This document shows positions 42,291 to 56,880 of a stretch of DNA of 64,000 bases, in pieces. The notes under the pieces are model-generated. The model did no database searches, was not told where the DNA came from, and saw nothing but the letters and a program-made list of their open reading frames with translations. The stretch comes from Octopus vulgaris (Eukaryota), in assembly GCA_951406725.2 (NCBI GenBank), contig OX597819.1, positions 15,996,001-16,060,000 of the forward strand, given 5' to 3'. The translations under genes and the position numbers were made by a program. Position 1 is the stretch's first letter. Every line of letters starts with the position of its first letter.

Positions 42291-43099
42291 AGCTAGTATG
42301 TATAATTATATATAAATGTGTGTGTGTGTATGTATGTATGTATGTATGTATGTATGTATGTATGTATGTATGTATGTATGTATGTATGTATGTATGTATG
42401 TAGTGAAGTATAGCATTGCTACGAAACTCTACGCAACAGTAATTTATTAATCTAGGATTTCTTAGTTTAGTTAATTTCCTTACCACACAGCCACTCCTGC
42501 GCCTATATATGATAACAATATTCTTTTAAAGTAACTAGATTTATAACCATCTACTAGATAACGATATTAATAGCTGCGTCGAGTTGAAATACAACAGACC
42601 CAGCAAGGAAATTAACTAGCTAGTTTAATTGTTAGTTTCACTGTTAATAACTGTATAATTATAATTAGATGTCTTAATGATATTTCTTGGATAAACTATT
42701 AGCAAATTTAAGGACTAATTACATTTACCATTTGCAGAAGAGCAACACCGTTTATTATAGTTGAAGTGGCGTAAGGATTACTTGAGCGCCTGTAGCCTCT
42801 AGTAATGACCCGGTATATAAACCTTATGAGCATTTTGTTCGCATTTCCCCTCATTTTCTCCTAAATCAACTTCCTATTTATTGTTTAAAAAAAGTGAAAT
42901 TTAGATGTTACTCTAAATAATTTGTGGCTGATCTTTTAGGGAAATGATATTTTCTTTTAAAACAATCCATATTTTAATTTATTGTTACCGTAATTCTTTT
43001 AAGAAGCATCTTTCGCGGCTATATTCTTAGTTGACTGAAGATTTGGTTCGCTTGAAGTTGAAAAAGTATTTTTTCTCTTTATAAACACAGCAAATGTCC

Positions 43100-44150
43100 C
43101 TGTCTTCAACGAAAGTCTCTTCTTTAAATAGTTCATGGTTCATATGTAGACCTGCAACAACTTTCTACTTCGTTAGAAATTTCACTCCAGAAACTCGAAC
43201 GCGAGAGTGAACGAATAAACAAGAATTTCCATTCTCAGATCTGCAGATTTTTTTATAATGCTCTTCCATTTCAATGTTTCCGTTGTCAATCTCTTGATTA
43301 TGCCATTGCAACAAATCATCAATGTTTATATAACAGGTGTAAACATCAAGAGGCAACTCATTAATCAGACCAACACCCAATTGAGTTTCATTGCGAACAG
43401 TTTCTATTGGTTCTTTAAGTCTCTCAAAACTAAATATGTTGAGGGCAGATTTTTTTCCAAACGCTTTCATAGTTTCTTAGCAACTTCGTTCTATGCACCT
43501 TTTACTATTTTTACTGCATCCAGCACACCGAAATATTTCCAAATTTCTTTTAGCTTTTGGCCTTGAGCTGTGCTCATTCAATTCTGATCCCGGTGCACAA
43601 GTTCCGTCTCCAGCTGTAACCAAATAGAAAAGTTCGCTAATCTTTAGCTACTTCAACACTTGGCGTTAATAATTTTTCTTTTACAATGAAACTTCTCAAT
43701 CGCAAGCGCTTCCAAAATGAGATTCTTTCTTCAACATTAATAATGTGTGAGGATGATTTACCACATTTACTCGGTTACTTTTTTCTTGGTTGTGAACAAA
43801 TTTGCTGATTCAGCATCAGCGATCCTACCTACTCCTCACACTCTAACATTATGCTTAGTCTTTTTTTTATAGCGATGAAACCAGACATTGCTTGCAGTAG
43901 CTGGTTTTCTAATAAACGTTTATTCACAGCCGCCTTCTTATCTTTAAGCGTCATAAAATTAGATAAGGTTGTAGTACGAATAGAAGCTTGTATAATAGGC
44001 ATGCTTAAACGTTGCGTTTGATCAGTTAACTAATGTTGATAAAAGCCGTTCCGGGCGAGGAATGAAGAAGACCAGTTCTTTAATACTGATCTTCGTAGGT
44101 TGCAATGAGTGCACACTTTTCATTTCCTTCAAGTAGCTTTCTTTAACCAT
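43100..44150 (-). mobile_element. pogo/Tigger-like transposase fossil
   Basis: Minus strand TASNVWFHRYKK..HNVRV (CENP-B-type HTH), IINVEERISFWKR..SFIVKE (cf. FNvDETGLFWK), and acidic IDDLLQWHNQEIDN C-terminus. Confidence 0.65.
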
Positions 44151-44183
44151 TAAAATCGTACAGCTGATTGACCTAAAGACACG

Positions 44184-44310
44184 TTAGGCAATAAGCAATG
44201 ATATCTCCTGGGCCAACTGCCTAAAGGACCGGTGCGGATTCTCGTGGATGAGACTGTTCAATCGATCGTCGTTAAACTGAGGAAGTCGGCTGGAACGTAC
44301 AGTCTGTGAG
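44184..44310 (-). mobile_element. mariner transposase HTH fragment
   Basis: RSSRLPQFNDDRLNSLIHENPHRSFRQLAQ. Confidence 0.65.
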
Positions 44311-45721
44311 GTTGAATTTATTTTCTTTGAAACGTGAAAACCACTTTTGTGTAGTTCTTTCAGAATGGCGCTGTGTCCATACTCAGAACAAACTTTTGGA
44401 GTGGCTTTGGCAGGTTCCATCGGCGTGTCTCTCCCTTTGACTTCTGCAGTTTTCAAGCAATTCTTTCCCTTTTCACTCTCTCTTTTTATTTATCTTGTCT
44501 CTTTCTTTTCCTCATTTTCCTCCTCTGCAATACTTTCTCTCTTTAAGTCTATGTCTGTCTGTCTGTCTCTCTCTCTGAAAATTGACTTCAGTGTTTTTCA
44601 GCTTTGTCGTGCGTAAATATCTTTCACTTCACGCCATTTGTACGTTCTCCCTACATTACTTATTTAAATTTTTTTGCAGTCCGTCTATTTAAATACACTA
44701 TTTACATTTCTCCCTCTATCAAAAAACACTGTGATACAGCCGATAAGCCTTCATTATTAACCAATGAGAATTCAACCACGTCACTGAGCATTCATGCGTT
44801 AGAAAAAGATATCCCACAGTGGCTCAAGTCTTTTCCACTCAAGCTATTTTCTTCTACAGCTTTATACACTACTCATATTTGGTTAATTTATATAACATAC
44901 AAAAATATAGACATACTACGTACATAATAGAGATTAATGTATATATTTTTTCTATGTTCATAAATTTTTGTCTAAAATATTGAAAAAATATACCACCAAA
45001 GAAAAAACGTTAGATGGAGTCTCAATATAGAAGGGACATGACATTTTTCAAAGATCACCAAACTCATGTTGCAGCACGTGAAATACAGTCTCAAGAGAGA
45101 AGGGAGAGGAGACTTTCTCAACATCAGCAAAAGCATGCTGCAGCACCGTCTGTTGGAATCTCAAGACAAGGAAGATGAGACTTTCTTAAGATCAGAAAAG
45201 GCCTGCTGCAACACTTAATGCTGAATCATTAAAACAGCGTTTAGCACACCAGATGCTATATATATATAGCTTTTAGAAACAGACCACGTACAAATTCGTT
45301 CTTCACAACACCTGGAGCTGCTTTCAGATAGGATCCATCCCATTCTTATAAAAAAATGATAATTCTCTCCAAATCAATGTGTTAAACTCCAATTGTTGTT
45401 TATGCAAAGCTTTAAAATTTCTCCACAAATGTTTTCTTGTCAATGCTGCACTTTCCTGTACCACCTGTTTCCTGTGTCATTGTGTGAGAATAAATAAATA
45501 ATAAAAAAAGCGTCCAGTTTCTAAAACATGATAGAAAGAAAATTATCAAGTGAAAGTAAATCGTTGTGGGTTCTCTACTTCAGTACGCACGCAGGCACAC
45601 ACAAACACACACACGCGCACACAAATACACATACATGTATGTAAGTGTGCTTGCATAGACTTAACGTGTACATATGACCATGTATATATGCATGCCTGTG
45701 TGTGTGTATATATATATATAT

Positions 45722-45968
45722 ATTCTTTTGCTCCTTTTAGTCATTTGACCGCAGCCATGTTGGAGCACCACCTTAAGGGGTATTAATCGAGTAAATCGAC
45801 CCCAGGTCTCATTCTTGTAAGTTCTAGTAATTCTTCTATCGGTCTCTTTTGCCGAACTGCTAATTTATAGGGACGTAAACACCAACATCAGTTGTCAAGC
45901 GATAGTGGAGGACAAACATAGAAACAAGCACACACACACAGACACACACACAGACACACACACAGACA

Positions 45969-46016
<48 letters not shown>

Positions 46017-46048
46017 TACATGACGGGCTACTTTCAGTTTCCGTTGGT
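45722..46048 (-). mobile_element. SINE family A, 5'-truncated
   Basis: Tail and middle match family A. Confidence 0.85.
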
Positions 46049-46116
46049 ACAGAAACAATTGTAAGGAATCATTAAAGATATGTTAAAGAATTTTCTTTGT
46101 TTTTTTCTTAACATTT

Positions 46117-46156
<40 letters not shown>

Positions 46157-46290
46157 AATTGTAAAACATACCTGTCATCACTACTACATGAACCTGAAGA
46201 TTACATAGTTTAATGCATGAAAGTACTTGTTCAACCAGAATCGATCATTATTATACTCTATCACTTCATTATATAACATATTCTTATATA

Positions 46291-46683
46291 GGCGCAGGAG
46301 TGGCTGTGTGGTAAGTAGCTTGCTAACCAACCACATGGTTCCGGGTTCAGTCCCACTGCGTGGCATCTTGGGCAAGTGTCTTCTGCTATAGCCCCGGCCC
46401 GACCAATGCCTTGTGAATGGATTTGGTAGACGGAAACTGAAGGAAGCCTGTCGTATATATGTATATATATATGTATGTGTGTGTGTTTGTGTTTGTTCCC
46501 CTAGCATTACTTGACAACCGATGCTGGTGTGTTTATGTCCCCGTCACTTAGCGGTTCGGCAAAAGAGACCGATAGAATAAGTACTGGGCTTACAAAAGAA
46601 TAAGTCCCGGGGTCGAGTTGCTCGATTAAAGGTGGTGCTCCAGCATGGCCGCAGTCAAATGACTGAAACAAGTAAAAGAGAGT
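46291..46683 (+). mobile_element. SINE family A, full length
   Basis: Aligns with 6189-6583. Confidence 0.9.
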
Positions 46684-46775
46684 ATATTATTATAAGATTG
46701 CAAATAAAACGTGAAAATCAGATAAAATTGGAATTTCTTTGAGTAATATATTCTTCTATATACGATCATACACAC

Positions 46776-46891
<116 letters not shown>

Positions 46892-47092
46892 CAAAATGTA
46901 ACCACGTGTGAATCGTTGGCGATTTTTTTCCTCCGTCTTCCTTTCTATTGGAACTTCCTCTGTTTCTCAAGAAGACCTTTGCTCGTAACGTTAAACCATC
47001 TTTCTTTCCTTCCCTGAGAGTCTGCTAATACTTTACATGTACCACGTCCTTACGTTGTTGTTTTTTATGTTTGCTGTTCTTTTTTAACGATT

Positions 47093-47224
<132 letters not shown>

Positions 47225-47271
47225 ATATATATGTATATATATATACATACACACACACACACACACATATG

Positions 47272-47312
<41 letters not shown>

Positions 47313-47336
47313 ATGTATATATATATACATATATAT

Positions 47337-47370
<34 letters not shown>

Positions 47371-47456
47371 GTATGTATGTATGTATCTATATATATATAT
47401 ATGTGTGTGTGTGTATATATCTATGTTCGTACATATACACACATATATACCATTAT

Positions 47457-47493
<37 letters not shown>

Positions 47494-48049
47494 CATATGT
47501 ATATATTAGTCTGCCTCTCATTCTCTACCGTCCCACACCTTCTTAATACCGTTATACTCAGTACACACACCACGCACACACATATACACTTAACAAACCA
47601 CAGAAGAACACACACACGACTCGCACAAAGTAATCGCACACACATTAGCTGCTACACACGTACACACACGCATCTGATAGCTTCACACACTCCCACACAT
47701 ACACACACGTTCATAACACACACACACACACAGACACATAAATATACTGAACACTCACGTACACATCGCTCCACACATGCGCACATACATGTTTACTCAC
47801 ACACATACACACACACGCATACACACGCCCATTCCCTTACATACATGTTTACCCACACATACATACACATCCACTAGATCATAAAAACATATACATACGC
47901 ACACATTATAGCCCCATACACACACTTGGTTGAAAACACACACACTTTAGCCAGGTCACTGTTGTCTCCCTAGCCACACTTATCTCCATGTACTTCCTTC
48001 TGGTTAGTTCAACATGTGCAACTGTTAACCCGGACACCTTTTCTCTCTC

Positions 48050-48220
48050 AGATTTTTCCTCCTCGCCATCTATTTTCTCTTCTTATTCCTTTCTGTAGAA
48101 GGGCGTAGGCTTGAAACAGCAAAGACTTCTTCCATTTTGCCCGAGTGTCAAACTAATACACCCAGCTTGCTGTTCCCCCTCACTTGTCTATCTTTTTTTC
48201 TTTTGCTGTACAAATTTGAA
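48050..48220 (+). mobile_element. HHR-bearing short element, family H1 (diverged)
   Basis: CTTT CTGTAGA A GGGC GTAG GCTT GAAA at 48089-48116. Confidence 0.65.
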
Positions 48221-48506
48221 TCACACACACATATATATATAATTTTAAATTAATAATAAAAGGGTAAAATTTATTAATTAAATTAATTAATATATCAATT
48301 AATTAATAATTTTACCAAGTAGATCGGTACGTTAAAATAACCTTTATAGGTAAAATTATACAAATATTTTATCATTATATACATAATTATAAAATTATGG
48401 TGGTAATAGTGTTTTTGACGTCTATTTTTTCGCTGCGTGATGAGGCACAAACCAAGCCCTTGTTATGAGTATGCATATAATTATAATATATAATATTATA
48501 TATAAC

Positions 48507-48582
<76 letters not shown>

Positions 48583-48699
48583 GAAATAAGGGCAAAAGAA
48601 AAATTCTAATGCCAAATATGCCGAATATAGACAAAATTGTCAATAACCATTATAATTTTTGCGTCTCGAAACAAGCCGATAGAAATTTCTAAACAATTC

Positions 48700-48770
48700 C
48701 GTTATTACCGTATTGGTCCCAATTTCAGAGTTATTTCATAAGAATTTTCTCCTCCTCAGCGATAAATACG
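48700..48770 (-). ncRNA. Complete type I hammerhead ribozyme candidate
   Basis: Minus strand: TATCG CTGAGGA GGAG [18 nt] CTCT GAA ATTG GGAC CAAT A CGGTA; all three stems present and an AUA site. Confidence 0.7.
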
Positions 48771-48788
48771 TTAGACATAAATGAAATA

Positions 48789-48847
<59 letters not shown>

Positions 48848-49676
48848 TATATAAACCAGGTTGATTCAGCCCAATATTACAGAAAGTTTCGTAATTGTCT
48901 TACAAACACCTTGAATGGAGGCGTTACGTCAAGTCCGAGACTGCCACTGGAAACTGGGGTGCCATTGGTCAAGGCGGATCACGTGATGTTGCTAGAAGTG
49001 AGATCTACATTACTGCGACAACAGATGTATTTAAAGGGATAACCTCTGTGCATGTGTGTGTGTGTGTGTATCTGTGTGCGCCTGTGAGTGTCAATGAATG
49101 TACACATTCACCAGTAATTTCATTATAATCACCGCCAAGACGGCGACGACGCCCTCCAACACCATCATCACCACCATCACCATCAATACCACCGCCACCA
49201 GCACCAGCACCAGCACCAGCACCACCAGCACCACCAGCACCACCACCACTACCACCATCACCACCATCACCACTACCTACACCACTACGAGTATCCTGTA
49301 AATTCCTTAAACTTACGTAAATAACTGAATTGTAGTCAGTGTTTGATGTTGTACGGGTTTGTCATGTGACGTACAGCTTTTACATCTCCTCCTAAATAGA
49401 GAGCTCCAGCTGTTTTATAGGCCTCAAATACTCTGATATGCTGTACTGGAGTTAGGAATTCACACATTGGAGACAAACGTTGTACATTTTCACACACAGA
49501 CACACGTAAACACCCTCACGCACGATCTCATACCCACTGCTACACTCTTCGGACATACACGAACTTACACGCACATTTGCTTGTGCGTGTTTATGGGTGC
49601 ACTTATAAAATAAGTACACAGAAACATGTGTAACAACAATATACATTCAAATATATAACCACATATATTATTATCC

Positions 49677-50197
<521 letters not shown>

Positions 50198-50320
50198 ACT
50201 ATCTACCCGCGTGGGTATGAGTATGAGTGTATCAGACTTAGAAATCTATATTCTCATAAAGCATGCCATAATACATACATACATACATACATACATACAT
50301 ACATACATACATACATACAC

Positions 50321-50551
50321 ATTTCTTTACTACCCACAAGGGGCTAAACATAGAGGGGACAAACAAGGACAGACAAACGGATTAAGTCGATTACATAGAC
50401 CCCAGGGCGAAACTGGTACTTTATTTATCGACCCCGAAAGGATGAAAGGCAAAGTCGACCTCGGCGGAATTTGAACTCAGAACATAACGGCAGTCGAAAT
50501 ACGGCTACGCATTTCGCCCAGCGTGCTAACGTTTCTGTCAGCTCGCCGCCT
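50321..50551 (-). mobile_element. SINE family B (tail 1)
   Basis: Full length, within (CATA)n. Confidence 0.9.
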
Positions 50552-50677
50552 TGTTACATACATACATACATGCATATATTCATACATACATGTGTGTATA
50601 AATACGTACATACTTTCTCCCAGATTTTTATATATAAAATAGCATGCATACATATGTGTTCGTATACAGTCATGTAC

Positions 50678-50714
<37 letters not shown>

Positions 50715-50779
50715 TTAAATAAATACCTATTTCTTTACTACCCACAAGAGGCTAAACACAGAGAGGAATAAATACCTGC

Positions 50780-52632
50780 ATGAAGACTATCATCAATAAC
50801 CAAAGAACAGATGAGGAGAAATGGACCATTGGAAAATCAAACTCAACCCCAAAGTGTTTTTCTCTTTTGCAAAAAACCACAAGGTCATTTTCCACTGTTG
50901 GCCCTCTAATTGATGAAAATGGCACTCTCCAAGATAATGCCAAAACCACGAGTGAGATACTGCAGAAACAGTACTGCTCTGTTGTTAGCAATCCTGATAT
51001 GGCTGATCTGGACTGTGTCAGTGATGTTAATCCTCAACACAATATATCGGGCATAACGTTTGATATCTTAGCGGCAGTAAACGAAATTAAATACAATTCA
51101 GCAGTAGGCCCCGATAGGTTCCCTGCTTGTGTCTTGAAGGTGTGTCGACACCATCTTGTATCTCCTCTTGCTAATCTGTGGAGGAACTCAATGGATGCTG
51201 GTTATATCCTTGAGAACTTTCTGTCCCAGTCTGTTTCAGTTTTCAAAAAAGGGAAACAAGTCCCTTGCAGTGAACTCCCGGCCGATCTCGCTCATCTCTG
51301 ATATCATCAAGGTACTTCAGAGGGTGGTGAGGTCACAGATAACCCAATTTCTTGAAAGCAACAGACTGATGAACCCCAACCAACATGGGTTCCGTAATGG
51401 AAGGAACTGCCTAACGCAGCTCCTGCATCACCTTGATGACATTTTGAGAGCTTTGGGAGAGGGCTCGAATACTGATGTCATCTACCTTAATTTCAACAAG
51501 GCCTTTGACAGCGTGGATCATAAGATCCAACATTGGTGTCTCTGGAAAGTTACTACAATGGATCAAGTGTTTTCTGACAGGCAGAACCCAACACGTTGTA
51601 GTCGAAGGAGTAACATTAAACCCTGCCAAAGTCAGTAGTGGTGTTCCACAGGACACTGTGTTGGGCCCACTTCTTTTCATCATCTACATCAATGACATTA
51701 CTGACATCACCCAGCACAGCAACATAAGAAACTTTGCAGATGATTCCAAGATCAAGAAGGTCATCAATGAAGTGGGTGACCGGGCATGCTTTCAGTCAGA
51801 TCTACTGGTTGTCATCCAATGCGCGGAAAATAATATGTTGCTGAACGAGGACAAATTTCGGAAAAGAGGATACTCTGAAACTCCCATACTCACTTCCTTC
51901 AGGTGAAACTCTCATGGCATCCAACAACATCGAATACTTGGGAATAATTGTGGACAACGACATAAGCTGGGCCACTTATATAAATTGCAAAGTTGACATG
52001 ACCCGCAGAATGTGGTCTTGGATTCTCAGAACTTTCCATTCGAGAGATATCCACACCATTATCCCCCACTTCTCTACTTTTGCTCGACCTCACCTTGAAT
52101 ACTGTTATTCACTGTGGTTTCCCCACACGAAACAAACTACCATGAAAAGTGAAGCACGTCAAAGGTCAATTACAAAAAAGATAGATGGCACGATAGGCCT
52201 TGACTACTGGGGGTCGACTAGAAAAGCTCAAGCTTTATTCTCTCCAAAGCCGTGGGCGCTACATCATCTGCACGATGTGGAAAATATTCCATCAGCATTG
52301 CCCAAATGATATTTGGCATCGCCTTTAAGATACGCCCAAGACTTGGACCCTGTGCTATATGCCCACAACATACATCATACTCGCAGCACATAACAACAAT
52401 ACGGTACAATTATTTCACCTCAATTGGCCCCACTCTCTTTAACATTACACCAAAACACCTTAACACAGAGACAAATTCCTTAAAAAATCCCCGGTTAGAC
52501 CTCCTACACGCGGATGTCTCGTAAATAATAACTCTCTCCTCTAGTTGGCCATGTTGTCCGATTCCTGATTTGAATGACTTTGCCAGGTGGTGACATTAAG
52601 TTAGACATAGCCTTGCCCAATACCGTCGAAAC
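50780..52632 (+). mobile_element. CR1-group LINE, 5'-truncated, frameshifted RT
   Basis: GPDRFP, RPISL, NQHGFR, DVIYLNFNKAFDSVDH, SGVPQDTVLGPLLFIIYIND, FADD, RPHLEYC. Confidence 0.9.
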
Positions 52633-52946
52633 CTCTCTCTCTCTCTCTTCTCTCTCTTCTCTCTCCACACACACAAACACATATATATACACATACGTAC
52701 ATACATACATACATACATACATACATACATACATACATACATACATACATACATACATACATACCAGATTAAGCACATAAATGTGAAACAAGGTGAGATA
52801 AAACAGTACTCAGATACTGGAGAGAGAGTAATATACTTTATCATTAAAACTGCAAAAACATCACAAAATCATCACAAAAACTGCTACTCAGAGTTTCATA
52901 TTCCTGTTCGTTGGAAAGTTGTAATTAAGAACTGTCATATATATGA

Positions 52947-53032
<86 letters not shown>

Positions 53033-53310
53033 GTATAAATTATGTAGATATATGTATATGTGTGTGTGTGTATGTATGTATGCATATATGTATGTATATA
53101 TATATACACACACATATATGCATACATACATTTAGGCACACGTGCACGCGCACACGCGCACATACATATGTAGATATATAAATACATTTAATCTCGTTGC
53201 CACATGTACACACTCATATACTCGTATTTATACACATGGATGTTTGTTTTTGTACAGATACATGGACTAATTAACCTACACACACGCATACGCGCACGTG
53301 TATACATATG

Positions 53311-53362
<52 letters not shown>

Positions 53363-53964
53363 CACATATACAAAAACACATGGTTATGCATACGTATTCA
53401 TAAAAAAATATAACATATACATAATGATTTTAAATGCAATGCACCAGTACACTCATACACACACACACATATCTATATACATATATATACAAATATATAT
53501 AATTTTGTGTGTGTGTGTTTGAGCAAATTGCACCCACAAACTCGGTCTGTGACATATGAATAATCAACGAAATGACGCAACTGTACACGACTTTATCAAC
53601 AACATAGCAACCACCATATGCTGGAAATCATAGCATACGACTTGAAGAGAGCATGTGAAAGATAGATTTTGGAGTCACTTTGAAACACGATAGCAATCTG
53701 TTCGTTTTCTTCAACTTCAATCTTGACAATGCTTACGGCCATTAAGTTCTCCTCGGAATATTACTTCCGGATCGTAGGCAATCAGAAATTCTCTTTGACA
53801 TGCTAAAAATGTTTTATGAGTTTCAAGCATATCTTTATAGTTTTGAAGTTTGGTTCGTATCTTTGTTTTTTCTGTGTTCGATATCATCGCCCATGGTATG
53901 TGGCAGAAAGCTAAGCTTTGTAACGTATCCGTGGATTGATGGAAGCCTTTCGAATCATACAGTT

Positions 53965-54100
53965 CGTCCTCATCTTGTTTGTTGTTAACACAACGTTTCG
54001 GCTGATATACCCTCCAGCCTTCATCAAGTGTCTTGGGGAAATTTCGAACCTGGGTTCTCATTCCTAAAGCATTTTTAGATGTTTATTATTATTATTATCA
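53965..54100 (-). mobile_element. PLE terminal-repeat fragment with HHR (inverted partner of 54722-55115)
   Basis: Minus strand GACAC TTGATGA A GGCTG..CAGCC GAAA CGTT GTGTT at 53987-54032. Confidence 0.75.
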
Positions 54101-54105
54101 TCATT

Positions 54106-54659
54106 GAGTGAGAGAGCAGTTCATGCCATCAAAGTGACACTGGGGTAAAATATACGAAGCCAAATATACCCATCATGACTACCCGTCTGATAAAGGTACA
54201 CCAGGCACATGCATCACAACCATATGTGCGCGACATGGTGATCTCATATCAAGATAAACAGCACATGACCTTGCAGGTGGGGCCCAGTTAGAATTTTCTT
54301 CAGGTTGAGTAGCCCATCCCGCTCAAACGGTCCCTGAATAAGGGTTGTTTAAGGATGTTGAAAGAACCACCCATGTTTCCAGAGGTGAACTATTCAAACC
54401 CCAAAGAATCCCTCTCAACACATGGCTATGATGCTCTCCCACTACTTCTGCTCGTGATCAGAGATGCACATATCGTCAGCCACTAAGGGACATGCTCAAC
54501 TGGTTAAGGTCAAACAACTGACAAGCAAATCTGTGGTATTGAGCAGAATATTTGCTGTAGCCCATCTTTTATACCAAGACAAAACAATGTACATGATAAC
54601 ACTTCCAATCAGTTAAGATCAGAAGCCATGAGAGCCACTGCCTGGTACTGCATCAGGGC
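54106..54659 (-). mobile_element. Family D element in (ATT)n
   Basis: Reverse complement of 33682-34235. Confidence 0.85.
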
Positions 54660-54717
<58 letters not shown>

Positions 54718-54721
54718 GTAT

Positions 54722-55115
<394 letters not shown>

Positions 55116-55618
55116 TTATATTGTTATTATCATCATCATTATCATTATTATTATATATACGTATGCCAATGATAATAGCACACGCACTGGTCCAATATAA
55201 TTTCTTTACTGGTAGTCAATTGTTTGAATAACAATAAAGAAGTGGTATTGAGCCAGTGCATTTGTTATTATCACTGGCGTAATGACCTTTCCAATACACA
55301 ATAAGATTTGTTTCAACACAAATTCGCATCAAGTATTTTGCAAAAAACGGACAAGAACAAATTAAATGGAATAAAATGTAATTATTGATTCTCTAAGTTT
55401 ATGTCTGGTGAAATGGAATTGCTTCAAAAAATCGGAAATACACGTTGCTACTGTCATATCGATAGCAATCCAAATGGAATCGATTATATCGGAATGACTG
55501 CGAACGAATTAACGCGTCTGCATAAATCTTCACTGCAAACAGAGCGACGAAGAATTGATTTGGATTAGATCACACATTCAGTTCAAGAGTCATACACACA
55601 CACGCACGCACACACACA

Positions 55619-55666
<48 letters not shown>

Positions 55667-56243
55667 CATAACAAGTCATCACCATAGCACTTTTCGAAAA
55701 AAGTAAAGCACACTAACCCTCGAAAAAAGACCAGTATGTTGGCAATTAAATATTGTAATTTATGTACGGCGGAAAAGCGATTCATTTGGAAACACCAAAA
55801 TCTTTTAAACAAACATTCAGGAAATAAATTCCATCTATTTACAAAATCCCTATGATATTATAACTAGGAGTAAATGAAATTATATTGACATTTTCAGTAT
55901 ATTTTTTTTCACACTTGCTACATGCACACAGACGCACACACAGACTTACACACACATGCATATGTTTGTATAATGCATGTATGTGTGTGTGTTTATTCTA
56001 GAAGAGGCAATTTAGGACTAGCTAGTAGAATTTAATCTAACTTTAGCATGTTATTAAGTAGCCTGAGAAAAATAGTTGTTTTTCGAACAGAAAAACTAAT
56101 TATGTTCAAATAATCTCTCTTCTGACTTAATTTAAACCTGAATTAACACGGATCATAGAAATAATTATACATAAACTTATATACATATACATACTTTGAT
56201 ACATTCATGCATACATATATACATACATACGTACGTACATACT

Positions 56244-56287
<44 letters not shown>

Positions 56288-56880
56288 CACATCTATTTAT
56301 ATATACCACATGTGTGTATGTGTATGTAGGTATACATGTGTATATGTTTTTATGCGCATAATCTTTCGATAAATACACACACACACACTAATATAGTGGG
56401 TTAAAAATTACACAAAGGCACACATACGCTCTCGCACACACAAACATACATGTTTATGTGTATGTGTGCGCGTGCTTGAGCGTGTGCGTGCCTTTGTGTA
56501 ATTTCTAACCGCACATATTAGAAATTATTTTTATATTTCTATTCATTTCAAAGTGTACCACTAATTCTAAGAGAGGTATTATTTACTGCTTTCTATATTT
56601 AGAAACAGAAGTTCTGGCCAAACACTAAATGACCGAAGTGGAATCTGATCCCAGGAATCAAAGCAAATACTGTGAAGCATTCAATACAACGCTGTAGTGA
56701 CTACCGTTTTGCGCGCATGCGCGCACACGCACACATACATGTATGTATAATATGTATGTGTGTCATTTTTCAGTTTTATTTAAAGATTTCTTGCCATCAA
56801 AGTACCGGTTTCTAATAAAGTCTCCTTCATTGGAATTTTAACATCAACAACAGGATATTTTTGTATAATATGTATGTATA

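Noticed and set aside
50780-52632. Active reverse transcriptase gene
   Set aside because: Split across several frames, 5'-truncated, with deletions.
53717-53960. mariner DDD-domain remnant
   Set aside because: Only a vague resemblance; the diagnostic HDNARPH and YSPDLAP motifs are not recognisable.
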